NCBI GenBank assembly: GCA_003220935.1
Contig: QHTT01000087.1
Span: 12,869-76,868, forward strand
Source: Gemmatimonadota bacterium
Lineage (GTDB): Bacteria; Gemmatimonadota; Gemmatimonadetes; Gemmatimonadales; GWC2-71-9
DNA length: 64,000 bases
Direction of reading: 5' to 3'
The notes beneath the pieces are model-generated. The model saw only the letters and a list, made by a program, of their open reading frames with translations, was not told where the DNA came from and did no database searches. This document shows positions 48,147 through 56,420 of this stretch, piece after piece; position 1 is the first letter of the stretch, and the number at the start of each line of letters is the position of its first letter. A program made the translations under genes and the position numbers.

Positions 48147-49183
48147 GCCGGCATCTCGATGCGCAGCAGCTTGTCGCCGACCAGAACGCGTGAGTTGTGG
48201 CGCAGGGTGATGTCACCCCGGGCGGCGAGTGCGACGCCGTTGCGGCTGTTGGAATCTACCACGACGAAGTCGGCATCTTCCGAGCGGATCGTCGCGTGGC
48301 GTGCGCTCATCGAAGGATCGTAAGGGAAGAGCCAGTCACCCTGTTCGCGACCGATGGCCACGTCCCGCCCGGGAGAGAGTTGAATCACGTCGCGCGCGCT
48401 GCCGTCGGAGCGCAGCTGGGTCAGGCTCGCGATGTCCGCGCTCGGAATCAGGCTCCCCATCCGGCGCGTCGCGTCGGCATCCGGCGGATGCGGCCCCGGA
48501 TACCCGAGTCGTCGGAACCGGATCACCTGCGAGCCGATCAGCAACAGGTCGCCGTCCGCGAGACGATGCGCCGACTCGAGGAACACCCACGTGCCGTTGC
48601 GGCTGCCCAAGTCGCGGACCACGAGCTCGCCCTGCTCCCAGGAGATCTTCGCATGCAGCGGCGAGAGGAACACGTCATCGGGGAAGCGGATGTCGCCGTC
48701 CTGGCGGCCGATCGTGGTGTCGGGGGTGCGGCGCTCGAAGCGCTGGACGGAGGCACCGCTGTCGTCCAGCAGCACGAGCACGATCGTCGCTCCCGGCCGC
48801 GGCTCCCCCCCCGCTGCCGGCAAGCGCGGCGGGGGAGCGGGTCCGACGAGCGGTGCTCCGCACGTGGGGCAGAACTTCGTCCCGGCGGCGACCGGCGACC
48901 CGCAGCGCGCGCAGCTGGGGCCCGACCCCGGAGCGGTGAGGCGGCGCCCGCAGTGCGGACAGAACGGCAGCAAGCCGCTCGCGCGGCTCCCGCAGAAGTG
49001 ACACGTGAGAGCCTCAGGGCGCGTCGGGGCGACGACGGGCGGGGCCACGACCCGCGTCCCCGGCACTGCCGCACCCGCCGCCGCGGCCTTCACACTCGTG
49101 GACGTACCCATAGGCTTGCCGCAGTCCATGCAGAACTGCGCGCCGGCGTCGTTTTCGCGGCCGCAGTAGGCGCAGACAGTCAC
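48143..49183 (-). CDS. Triple Zn-ribbon plus tandem FHA domain adaptor protein
   Basis: Three CxxC...FCxxCG units; two FHA domains (GR..SPLHA..SRNG and GR..SARHA..SRNG); start uncertain (49183 or 49237). Confidence 0.85.
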   Translation of the reverse strand: MTVCAYCGRENDAGAQFCMDCGKPMGTSTSVKAAAAGAAVPGTRVVAPPVVAPTRPEALTCHFCGSRASGLLPFCPHCGRRLTAPGSGPSCARCGSPVAAGTKFCPTCGAPLVGPAPPPRLPAAGGEPRPGATIVLVLLDDSGASVQRFERRTPDTTIGRQDGDIRFPDDVFLSPLHAKISWEQGELVVRDLGSRNGTWVFLESAHRLADGDLLLIGSQVIRFRRLGYPGPHPPDADATRRMGSLIPSADIASLTQLRSDGSARDVIQLSPGRDVAIGREQGDWLFPYDPSMSARHATIRSEDADFVVVDSNSRNGVALAARGDITLRHNSRVLVGDKLLRIEMPA

Positions 49184-49275
49184 CGGAGGAGCTGCTCCAC
49201 ATGGCTCAACCGCACGGCCTGCCAATCTATTGGGCAAATTGACGCGTCGAAAGGGTCAATGCTAGCTTGCGCGCC

Positions 49276-51153
49276 GTGCGATGGCTCGGTGGAGCACTGG
49301 TGCTGTGCATCGCCGGGTGCGCCAGCGCGCGCTCCGGCGTCGCGCCCGCACGCCCGGCTGGCACGCCGGCGCCCGCGAGGGAGTCGCTGCACGTCAGCGT
49401 CGTGTACCCGGGCCCCACGGACATCATTCAGACGCACGACTCCTCATTCCTGTTCGGCGCGGTGCACGGCGGTGCGGGACCGGCGAGCCTGACCGTCGAC
49501 GGGACGCCCGTGCCTGTCCTCGCAACCGGCGCGTGGCTCGCCTGGCTGCCACTCCCTGACGACACGATCGCCGCCTTCCGACTCGTGGCCCGCGCGCGAG
49601 GCGATTCTGCCGTGCAGGATGTGGTCGCGCGGATCGCGCCCCGCTACCGCCCGCCGGCGGGCCGCGCGGCCTGGATCGACACCACGAGCTTTGCGCCCTC
49701 GGGCACGCTCGCGCTGCCGCTGAGCGAGGGGATCCGGCTCGCCGTGCGTGCGACGCCCGGTGCCACGGTGCAGCTGCGGCTGCCGTGGGGCGCTACCATC
49801 CCGTTCCTTCCCGACACCCTTCCCGGGGAGCCAGCGTGGGGTGTGAGGGCTTTCGCCACGACCACGGCGGCGTACCGCCTCCCCCCCGCGGCCGACCGCT
49901 ACGTCGCGTGGCTCCCGGCTGCGGCGCTGTGCTCGGACGGCAAGAGCGCCTGTGCGACGCTGGACGTGGTGGTGGGACGAGACAGCGCGACCGCTCGCTG
50001 GCCGCTCACGATCGGCCTCGTGGACATGACGTTCCCCAGCGTCGTCGTGCTCAACGACGACACGGCGCACACCGGCACGACGGACAGCATGACGCCAGGG
50101 AAGTCGGTGCCAGGGGGGACGTACAACTGGTTTTTCCCCACCGGGACGACGGCCGTGCTTTCGGGGCGCTGGAACGACCAGATGCGCCTCCAACTGTCGA
50201 AGAGTTCGGCCGTGTGGGTGAACGCGGCCGACGTGATAGAGCTGCCGGCGGGCACCCCGCCGCCGGGAGGCGTGGTCGGCTCGGTGCGGCTCCAGCCCGG
50301 CCCGGCGTCGGTGACCCTGCGCGTGCCACTCCCAGGGAAGCTGCCGTTCCAGGTCACGGAGCAGGAGCGGAGCCTGACGCTCCGGCTCTATGGCGTGGCG
50401 TCGGACATCAACTGGATGCAGTACGGCGGAACCGATTCGCTCGTCACTCGTATGAGCTATGCCCAGCCCGCGGCGGACGAGGTGACGATCACCGTTGAGC
50501 TGGCGCGTCGCGTCTGGGGGTACCGGACACGGTTCGATGGGCGGGACCTGCTGCTCGAGGTACGCCGTCCACCGGAGATCGATCCGGACCGACCTCTCAG
50601 GGGGCGCACGATCGTGCTCGATCCGGGCCATCCTCCCGCTGGGGCCAAGGGCCCGACCGGTCTGTGGGAGCCGGTGGCGACCCTCGCGGTCGCGTACAAT
50701 GCGAAGGCGCTGCTGGAGCGGGCGGGCGCGACCGTGCTGCTCACCCGTACCGACTCGACGCCCGTCGAGCTGTTCCCGCGCACCCACTTCGCGGAGGTGC
50801 ACGATGCCGACGTGCTCGTGTCGATTCACGCCAACGCGCTCCCGGATGGCGTCAACCCGTTCGTGAATAACGGCACGAGCGTCTACTACTTCCATCCTCG
50901 CAGCGCCCCGCTGGCTCGTGCGCTCGAGCGCGCCCTGGTCGCGGAGCTCGGGTTGCGGGACCTCGGCATGGGCCGGGGCGACTATGCGCTCGTCCGTCCG
51001 ACGTGGATGCCCGCGGCGCTCACCGAGGGCCTCTTCATCATGGTCCCCGAACAGGAAGCGATGTTGCTGAACGAGGAGGGGCGAGGGCGGTATGCGCGGG
51101 GGCTGGTGCGGGGGATCGAGAACTTCCTGCGCGAGCGGGCGAGGGAGCCGTGA
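49276..51153 (+). CDS. N-acetylmuramoyl-L-alanine amidase (Amidase_3), lipoprotein
   Basis: Lipobox IAGC; LDPGH, LTR, SIHANA, LTE in C-terminal domain; start 49267 or 49276. Confidence 0.88.
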   Translation: MRWLGGALVLCIAGCASARSGVAPARPAGTPAPARESLHVSVVYPGPTDIIQTHDSSFLFGAVHGGAGPASLTVDGTPVPVLATGAWLAWLPLPDDTIAAFRLVARARGDSAVQDVVARIAPRYRPPAGRAAWIDTTSFAPSGTLALPLSEGIRLAVRATPGATVQLRLPWGATIPFLPDTLPGEPAWGVRAFATTTAAYRLPPAADRYVAWLPAAALCSDGKSACATLDVVVGRDSATARWPLTIGLVDMTFPSVVVLNDDTAHTGTTDSMTPGKSVPGGTYNWFFPTGTTAVLSGRWNDQMRLQLSKSSAVWVNAADVIELPAGTPPPGGVVGSVRLQPGPASVTLRVPLPGKLPFQVTEQERSLTLRLYGVASDINWMQYGGTDSLVTRMSYAQPAADEVTITVELARRVWGYRTRFDGRDLLLEVRRPPEIDPDRPLRGRTIVLDPGHPPAGAKGPTGLWEPVATLAVAYNAKALLERAGATVLLTRTDSTPVELFPRTHFAEVHDADVLVSIHANALPDGVNPFVNNGTSVYYFHPRSAPLARALERALVAELGLRDLGMGRGDYALVRPTWMPAALTEGLFIMVPEQEAMLLNEEGRGRYARGLVRGIENFLRERAREP

Positions 51154-54017
51154 AAACGCGGAACGCGGAAGTCGGAACGCGGAACGGCCGGACACGCTCC
51201 TCGCCGCAGCTCGACCTTTCCCTGATGTTCCGCGTTCCACGTTCCGCGTTCCGCGTTCTCCTGGTCCTCCTATTTGCCGTCCGCGCCGCAGCGCAAGACC
51301 CCTCCGGCCCCTGGCGCACCCTCCACACGCCCCATTTCCGCGTTCATTTCCGCCCGGCATACCGGGACGTCGCCGAGGTGGCCGCCCGGGAGGCCGAGCG
51401 TGCGTACCGGCTGCTCGCGTCGGAGCTTCACCCGCCTCGCCAGGTGGTCGACCTGACGCTGGTGGACGACATCGACGCGGCCAACGGCGCCACGCTCGTC
51501 TTCCCGTCCGACCGCATCTATGTCTTCCTCCCGCCTCCGGCCACGGAGCCCGGGTTGCAGCACTACGACAGCTGGCTCCGGCTCGTCACGACGCACGAGC
51601 TCACACACGTTTTTCACCTCGACCGGGTGCGGGGTGTCTGGGGCGGCGTGCAGGCGGTCTTCGGCCGAGTCCCCGGTCTGTTTCCGAACGACTATCAGCC
51701 CAGCTGGGTGACGGAAGGCCTGGCGGTCTACTACGAGTCGAAGTTCACCAACGGCGGGCGCGTGACGGGAAGCCTGCACACGCAGCTGCTCGCGGCCGAC
51801 CGCGCTGCGGGCGCGTCGCGTTCGCCCTGGAACGCGGTGTTCTTCACCCGCTGGGCGGACGGGCTCGTGCCGTACGCGTACGGCAGCCGCTTCTTCCATT
51901 ACCTCGCGGGCCAAACCGGGGATTCCGTCGTGCCGCGGTTCGTGGAGGCGACGTCCGCCCAGCTGATCCCGTATCGGGTGGGGCGGCAGATCGCTCGCGT
52001 TGCGCCCGGTCGCTCGCTGCAGGCGGAATGGCCCAGGGCGACTCGACCTCCGTCTCAGGCGGGGGCGACCGCCACCGCCGCCCGCGTCATCGACTGCGCA
52101 CTCCGTACCGAGCCGGTGCCACAAGCGTCGCCAGACGGCCGGTACATCGCGTACCTGCGCGACGACGGTAAGGGGCCGAGCGAACTGCGTGTACTCGACG
52201 CGACGGGGTTCCACGTCCTGCGCACGCACCGCGTGAACGCCGAGGTGAGCTTCGACTGGCTCGGCGACACGCTGGTCGTGGCGCAGCTCGACTGGACATC
52301 CCGCTGGCAGGTGCACAGCGATCTGTACCGCTGGCTCCCCGGCGGGCAGTGGCACCGCGAAACGCGCGGGGCGAGGCTCGTCTCCCCCCGCGCCGGCGGA
52401 GGCCGCTTGTCCGTGATCGCGCTGCTCCCGGCCGGCAATCGCCCTGCGCTGCCCGTTCCGCCCGGGCCCGCCGGGGGGAGCGCGACGTGGGGCGAGGTCG
52501 TGCCCTCTCCCGATGGGCGCCACGTTGCGGGCACGCGGAACGCGAACGGGCACTGGGCGCTGCTTCGCTGGCCTGCCGATTCACCCGAGGCTGGCACGGT
52601 GTTGCGGGAGTCGGCCGGCGTGATCACCGACCCCACTTGGACGCCGGCGGGCGAGCTGTTGTTCGTCACCGACCCGACCGGCTTCCCGCAGGTGTACCGC
52701 TGGCGCGACTCGACCGGCGCCGAGCCCCTCACCGCCGAGCCGCTGGGCGCCCGGGCGCCTACGGCGCTCGCCGACGGGACGCTGCTCTACGCCACACTCG
52801 CGGCCGACGGCTGGGAGCTGCGGCGCGCGCGGCGAGAGGAGGCTGGACCACCCGTGGCAGCCGACCGGCCCGTCCCGTTCGACTCCGCGCCGCCGGTGGC
52901 AACGCGTGAGACCGGCTACGCCGCGTGGCCTTCGCTGCGGCCGCATTTCTGGGTGCCGCTGTTCCTCGATGCGGGGCCGAGCGGGCGGTTCTGGGGTGGC
53001 GCCACCGCTGGCACCGATGTCGTGGGGCGGTTTACGTACCTCGCCACCGGCCTGGTCGCGCCGCAGCCGTTCCGCGCCCTCGGGTCGTTCGCGGCGGTGT
53101 GGAGCGGCCTGGGAAACCCGACGCTCGATGCGTCGGCGTCGAGCACTTGGGACGACGTGCTCGCCGCGGTCATCCTGTCTGAGCGGACGCAGGAGGCCGC
53201 CCTCGGCATGTCGTTCGTGGCGCGGCGGTGGCGCACCTTCGCAAGCGTGCGCCTGGCCGCGGAGTTCAAGGGCACGCGCTTTGTCACCATCCCCGACACG
53301 TCGCTCAGCGACGTCTGCCCGGGCTGCGCCGGTCACGATTTGGTCGGAGGGTCCGTGACGCTCGCGTTGACGCACGTCGTGTCCGCACCGGTCGCCGTCT
53401 CGCGGCAGGACGGCTTCAGCTGGTTAGCGCTGTATCGCCGGCGCGCGGAGCGGGAGGGCGCTCGCTGGTCGAGCGAGGCCCGCTCGCGGCTCGGCCTGTA
53501 TGCGCATGTCCCGGGCGTCGGGGGGTTCGCGCACCATGTGCTCGCCGTCCGTCTCGCCGCCGGGGCCAGCGGCGGGCCGCTGGGCGAGCGGTTCAAGGCA
53601 GGCGGGGTGTCGTCGGGCGCCCTGGGGCTCACGTTCGGCCAGGCGCTCGGCGCGACGCGCGATTTTCCGGTGCGAGGCTATCGTGCCGGCGAGCTGCTGG
53701 GGCGGCGCGCCGCGACTGCGACCGTGGAGTACCGCTTGCCGCTCGCGCTCGTGGGCGCGCCCTTCGGCCACCTCCCGTTCGGCGCCGACAAACTGTGGCT
53801 CAACATCTTCGGCGACGCTGGGGATGCCTGGGACCCGGGCGCGGCGCCGCGGCTCACGCGGCTCCGCTCGGCGGGCGCCGAGCTCGCCGGCGACCTGACA
53901 TTGAACTACGACTTCTTGGTGCAGCTCCGGCTCGGCGTCGCCGCACCGCTCGCCGATCCCCCCTCCGGCGCGGCGCGGCGCCTGCAGCTGTATGTGGCGT
54001 TTGCATCGGATTTCTGA
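51150..54017 (+). CDS. Omp85/BamA-TamA family outer-membrane protein with N-terminal HExxH domain and beta-propeller
   Basis: THELTH plus WVTEGLA; SPDG propeller repeats; VRGY motif, ATVEYRLPL, terminal Phe; start 51150 or 51225. Confidence 0.75.
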   Translation: MKTRNAEVGTRNGRTRSSPQLDLSLMFRVPRSAFRVLLVLLFAVRAAAQDPSGPWRTLHTPHFRVHFRPAYRDVAEVAAREAERAYRLLASELHPPRQVVDLTLVDDIDAANGATLVFPSDRIYVFLPPPATEPGLQHYDSWLRLVTTHELTHVFHLDRVRGVWGGVQAVFGRVPGLFPNDYQPSWVTEGLAVYYESKFTNGGRVTGSLHTQLLAADRAAGASRSPWNAVFFTRWADGLVPYAYGSRFFHYLAGQTGDSVVPRFVEATSAQLIPYRVGRQIARVAPGRSLQAEWPRATRPPSQAGATATAARVIDCALRTEPVPQASPDGRYIAYLRDDGKGPSELRVLDATGFHVLRTHRVNAEVSFDWLGDTLVVAQLDWTSRWQVHSDLYRWLPGGQWHRETRGARLVSPRAGGGRLSVIALLPAGNRPALPVPPGPAGGSATWGEVVPSPDGRHVAGTRNANGHWALLRWPADSPEAGTVLRESAGVITDPTWTPAGELLFVTDPTGFPQVYRWRDSTGAEPLTAEPLGARAPTALADGTLLYATLAADGWELRRARREEAGPPVAADRPVPFDSAPPVATRETGYAAWPSLRPHFWVPLFLDAGPSGRFWGGATAGTDVVGRFTYLATGLVAPQPFRALGSFAAVWSGLGNPTLDASASSTWDDVLAAVILSERTQEAALGMSFVARRWRTFASVRLAAEFKGTRFVTIPDTSLSDVCPGCAGHDLVGGSVTLALTHVVSAPVAVSRQDGFSWLALYRRRAEREGARWSSEARSRLGLYAHVPGVGGFAHHVLAVRLAAGASGGPLGERFKAGGVSSGALGLTFGQALGATRDFPVRGYRAGELLGRRAATATVEYRLPLALVGAPFGHLPFGADKLWLNIFGDAGDAWDPGAAPRLTRLRSAGAELAGDLTLNYDFLVQLRLGVAAPLADPPSGAARRLQLYVAFASDF
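51155..51257. repeat. Heptamer-based inverted repeat at the 5' end of the Omp85 gene
   Basis: (CGGAACG)~4 at 51155-51185 and (CGTTCCG)~4 at 51227-51257. Confidence 0.8.
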
Positions 54018-54100
54018 GCGTGGAAAGATTCCCGGTTGCGGGCTTTTGCCTGGGAACGGCGCTGGGAGTGGCCCTCCTGAACGTGGTCCCAGCTGCGGGA

Positions 54101-54106
54101 TATAAT
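54101..54106 (+). promoter_or_regulatory. -10 box of a probable leaderless promoter
   Basis: TATAAT 6 nt before ATG 54113; no Shine-Dalgarno. Confidence 0.55.
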
Positions 54107-54112
54107 TGACCC

Positions 54113-56362
54113 ATGCGGCGCTGCTTGATCGTCCTGCTCGCTCTGTCCATCCCCGCTGCCAAGGGTCTGTCCGCCCAATTGCCTGCCGAGCGCGCCGCGA
54201 TCGAGGCGCTGCGGGACTCGCTCGCGCACGTGACCGACTCGCTGTCGTTGAAGCGTCTCGAAGCCGCGACGATCCAGGTGGCGAAGCAACACCGCGACGA
54301 CCCGCTGGTCCACGTCCGGCTCGGGTTCATCGCCCACCGGCTGGGAGAGATCGCTAACACGAAGTCACATTACGACGACGCAGCCGGGGAGTTCGAATGG
54401 GCCGCGGAGCTCCGGCCCGGCTGGCCCTACCCCTGGTATGGGCTGGGGCTCGCCGAGCTCGCTCAGGGCGAGCACGCCGTGATCGCGATCGAAAACCTGC
54501 GCCAGCAGCTTGGCAAGGACTATCTGAGCAAAGCGGCGCGGGCGCTGGCACGCGCCACGCAGGCCGACGCGAGCTTCGCGCAGGCCAGCATCGACCTCGC
54601 CAACGCGGCGCTGGCCCAGCGCATCCAGCCGCGGCTCGAGGTAGCGCTGCAGGCGGTGCGGCTCGCGGCGGCGTCACCCGCGGGGGGGAACGCCCAGATC
54701 CAGCTAGCGCGGGGCCGGGTGGAGCGGGAGGTCGGCGAAGCGGACTCGGCGCTCGTGGCGTTCCAGGCCTACCTCCGCGTCGGTGGCGACTCCGGGCTCG
54801 GTCTGCTCGAGCTGGCGCGGACCTACTACTACGCGCAGCGACCGACCGAGGGGTGGCGGATCTATTTCGCGGGCGCGCGCCTGGCGCGGTCGCCCGAGGC
54901 GCTGGCGCTGTATCGCGCCGACCTGAGCGTCGTGGCGCACCACGACGAGCTGGCTCCGTTCGACGGCTTCACGTCCCCCGCCCCGCGGGCGGCGTGGCTC
55001 GAGCGGTTCTGGTTGCAGCGCGACGTGGCCGAAGCGCGTGACCCGGGCGAGCGGCTGGGCGAGCACTACCGCCGCTGGTTCTACGCCTGGCACAACTTCC
55101 GGCTCGTGAGCCGGCATCGGCACTACGACATCACCGAGCGCTACCGCACCGATCAGCTCGATTTCGACGACCGCGGCGTCATCTATCTGCGCCACGGCCC
55201 TCCCGACAAGCGGGCGACCTACCCCCGCGTGCTGGACCGGCTCGAGCCGAACGAGACGTGGCTCTACCGGCGGCCCGACGGCGATCTGATCTTTCACTTC
55301 GTCGCGCGCGAGGACGTTCAGGACTACAAGCTGGTGGAGAGCCTGGCCGACGCGTTGTATACGGGCTTCCGCGGCGCGCTGGCGCTCACCGGCCGGCGCG
55401 GGCTCGACCCCCTCACCAGCGACTTGTTCGCCTCGCGGGCGGACATCAGTCCGCTGTATGCCCGATTGGGAAACACCGTCGGCTCCGCGAATGCGGCGGG
55501 CGCGCTCGCCGCGGAGCGCAGCCTGGGCCAGCGTAGCATCGCCGTGGGCACGACCACCGACACCTACCGCCGGGCGTTCGCCACGCCGCTCGAGGTGCTG
55601 GCGTCGGACTTCGTCGTCGGCGCGCGCGGTCAAGCGGGACAGGAGCTGCACGTCGTGTTCGCCATTCCGGGCCACCGCCTGACGCCGGCCGCGGACTCGA
55701 CGCGGGTCCTCTATCCCATCGCCTTCCGGCTGGTCGTCTCAGACAGCCTCGACAACATGGTGGCGCGACTCGATACGACCCGGGTGTTCGCGGCGGCGGC
55801 GCCGCTGCGTCAGGGGGCGTATCTCACCGGGCAGCTCGCGCTGGCGGTCCCGCCGGGGGCGTACCGCTATCGGTTGCTGGTGCAAGAGCCGGGCAGCGAC
55901 GCAGGCGACCTGGTGATCCGTGATTCGATCGCCGTCGGCACGCTCGACGGCGTGCGCTTCGCGGCGAGCGACCTCGTGCTCGGTCGCCAGGGCTCGGGGC
56001 TCGCGTGGACGACCGGGTCGGACACAGTACCGCTGAACCCGCTGGGCCGCTTCGCCGAGGGCGGCTCCGCCGAGCTGTATTACGAAGTGTACGGGCTGCC
56101 GACGGGGGCGCCCTACCATACCATCGTCCGGCTCGAGCGCGAAGGGCGTCGCTCGTTGTTGCACCGGCTGTTCGGCGGGGGACAAGCGCCGGTCCTGTTC
56201 GAGTTCGACGCGCCCGCCGACGGGCCCGTCACGCGGGTGCGGCGCGCGCTCGATCTACGCGACGCGTCCAAGGGGAGCTACGTTCTCGCCGTCGAGATCC
56301 GCGACCCCGCGACCGCCACGTCGCTCGTTCGCCGTCGCCAGTTTGTCATCGTGTCGCACTAG
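54113..56362 (+). CDS. Secreted TPR plus GWxTD-like domain protein
   Basis: Signal peptide, TPR-like helices, FW..RD, EHYRR, DDRGVIYLRHGPPD, ETWLY; Ig-like C-terminus. Confidence 0.75.
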   Translation: MRRCLIVLLALSIPAAKGLSAQLPAERAAIEALRDSLAHVTDSLSLKRLEAATIQVAKQHRDDPLVHVRLGFIAHRLGEIANTKSHYDDAAGEFEWAAELRPGWPYPWYGLGLAELAQGEHAVIAIENLRQQLGKDYLSKAARALARATQADASFAQASIDLANAALAQRIQPRLEVALQAVRLAAASPAGGNAQIQLARGRVEREVGEADSALVAFQAYLRVGGDSGLGLLELARTYYYAQRPTEGWRIYFAGARLARSPEALALYRADLSVVAHHDELAPFDGFTSPAPRAAWLERFWLQRDVAEARDPGERLGEHYRRWFYAWHNFRLVSRHRHYDITERYRTDQLDFDDRGVIYLRHGPPDKRATYPRVLDRLEPNETWLYRRPDGDLIFHFVAREDVQDYKLVESLADALYTGFRGALALTGRRGLDPLTSDLFASRADISPLYARLGNTVGSANAAGALAAERSLGQRSIAVGTTTDTYRRAFATPLEVLASDFVVGARGQAGQELHVVFAIPGHRLTPAADSTRVLYPIAFRLVVSDSLDNMVARLDTTRVFAAAAPLRQGAYLTGQLALAVPPGAYRYRLLVQEPGSDAGDLVIRDSIAVGTLDGVRFAASDLVLGRQGSGLAWTTGSDTVPLNPLGRFAEGGSAELYYEVYGLPTGAPYHTIVRLEREGRRSLLHRLFGGGQAPVLFEFDAPADGPVTRVRRALDLRDASKGSYVLAVEIRDPATATSLVRRRQFVIVSH

Positions 56363-56366
56363 TCGG

Positions 56367-56396
56367 TTGACACCCGCTCCGACGCGCCCGTAAGTT
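56367..56396 (+). promoter_or_regulatory. Putative sigma70 promoter for the kinase gene
   Basis: TTGACA-18 bp-TAAGTT. Confidence 0.5.
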
Positions 56397-56420
56397 TCCG
56401 CGAGTCCTCGGACACAATGG

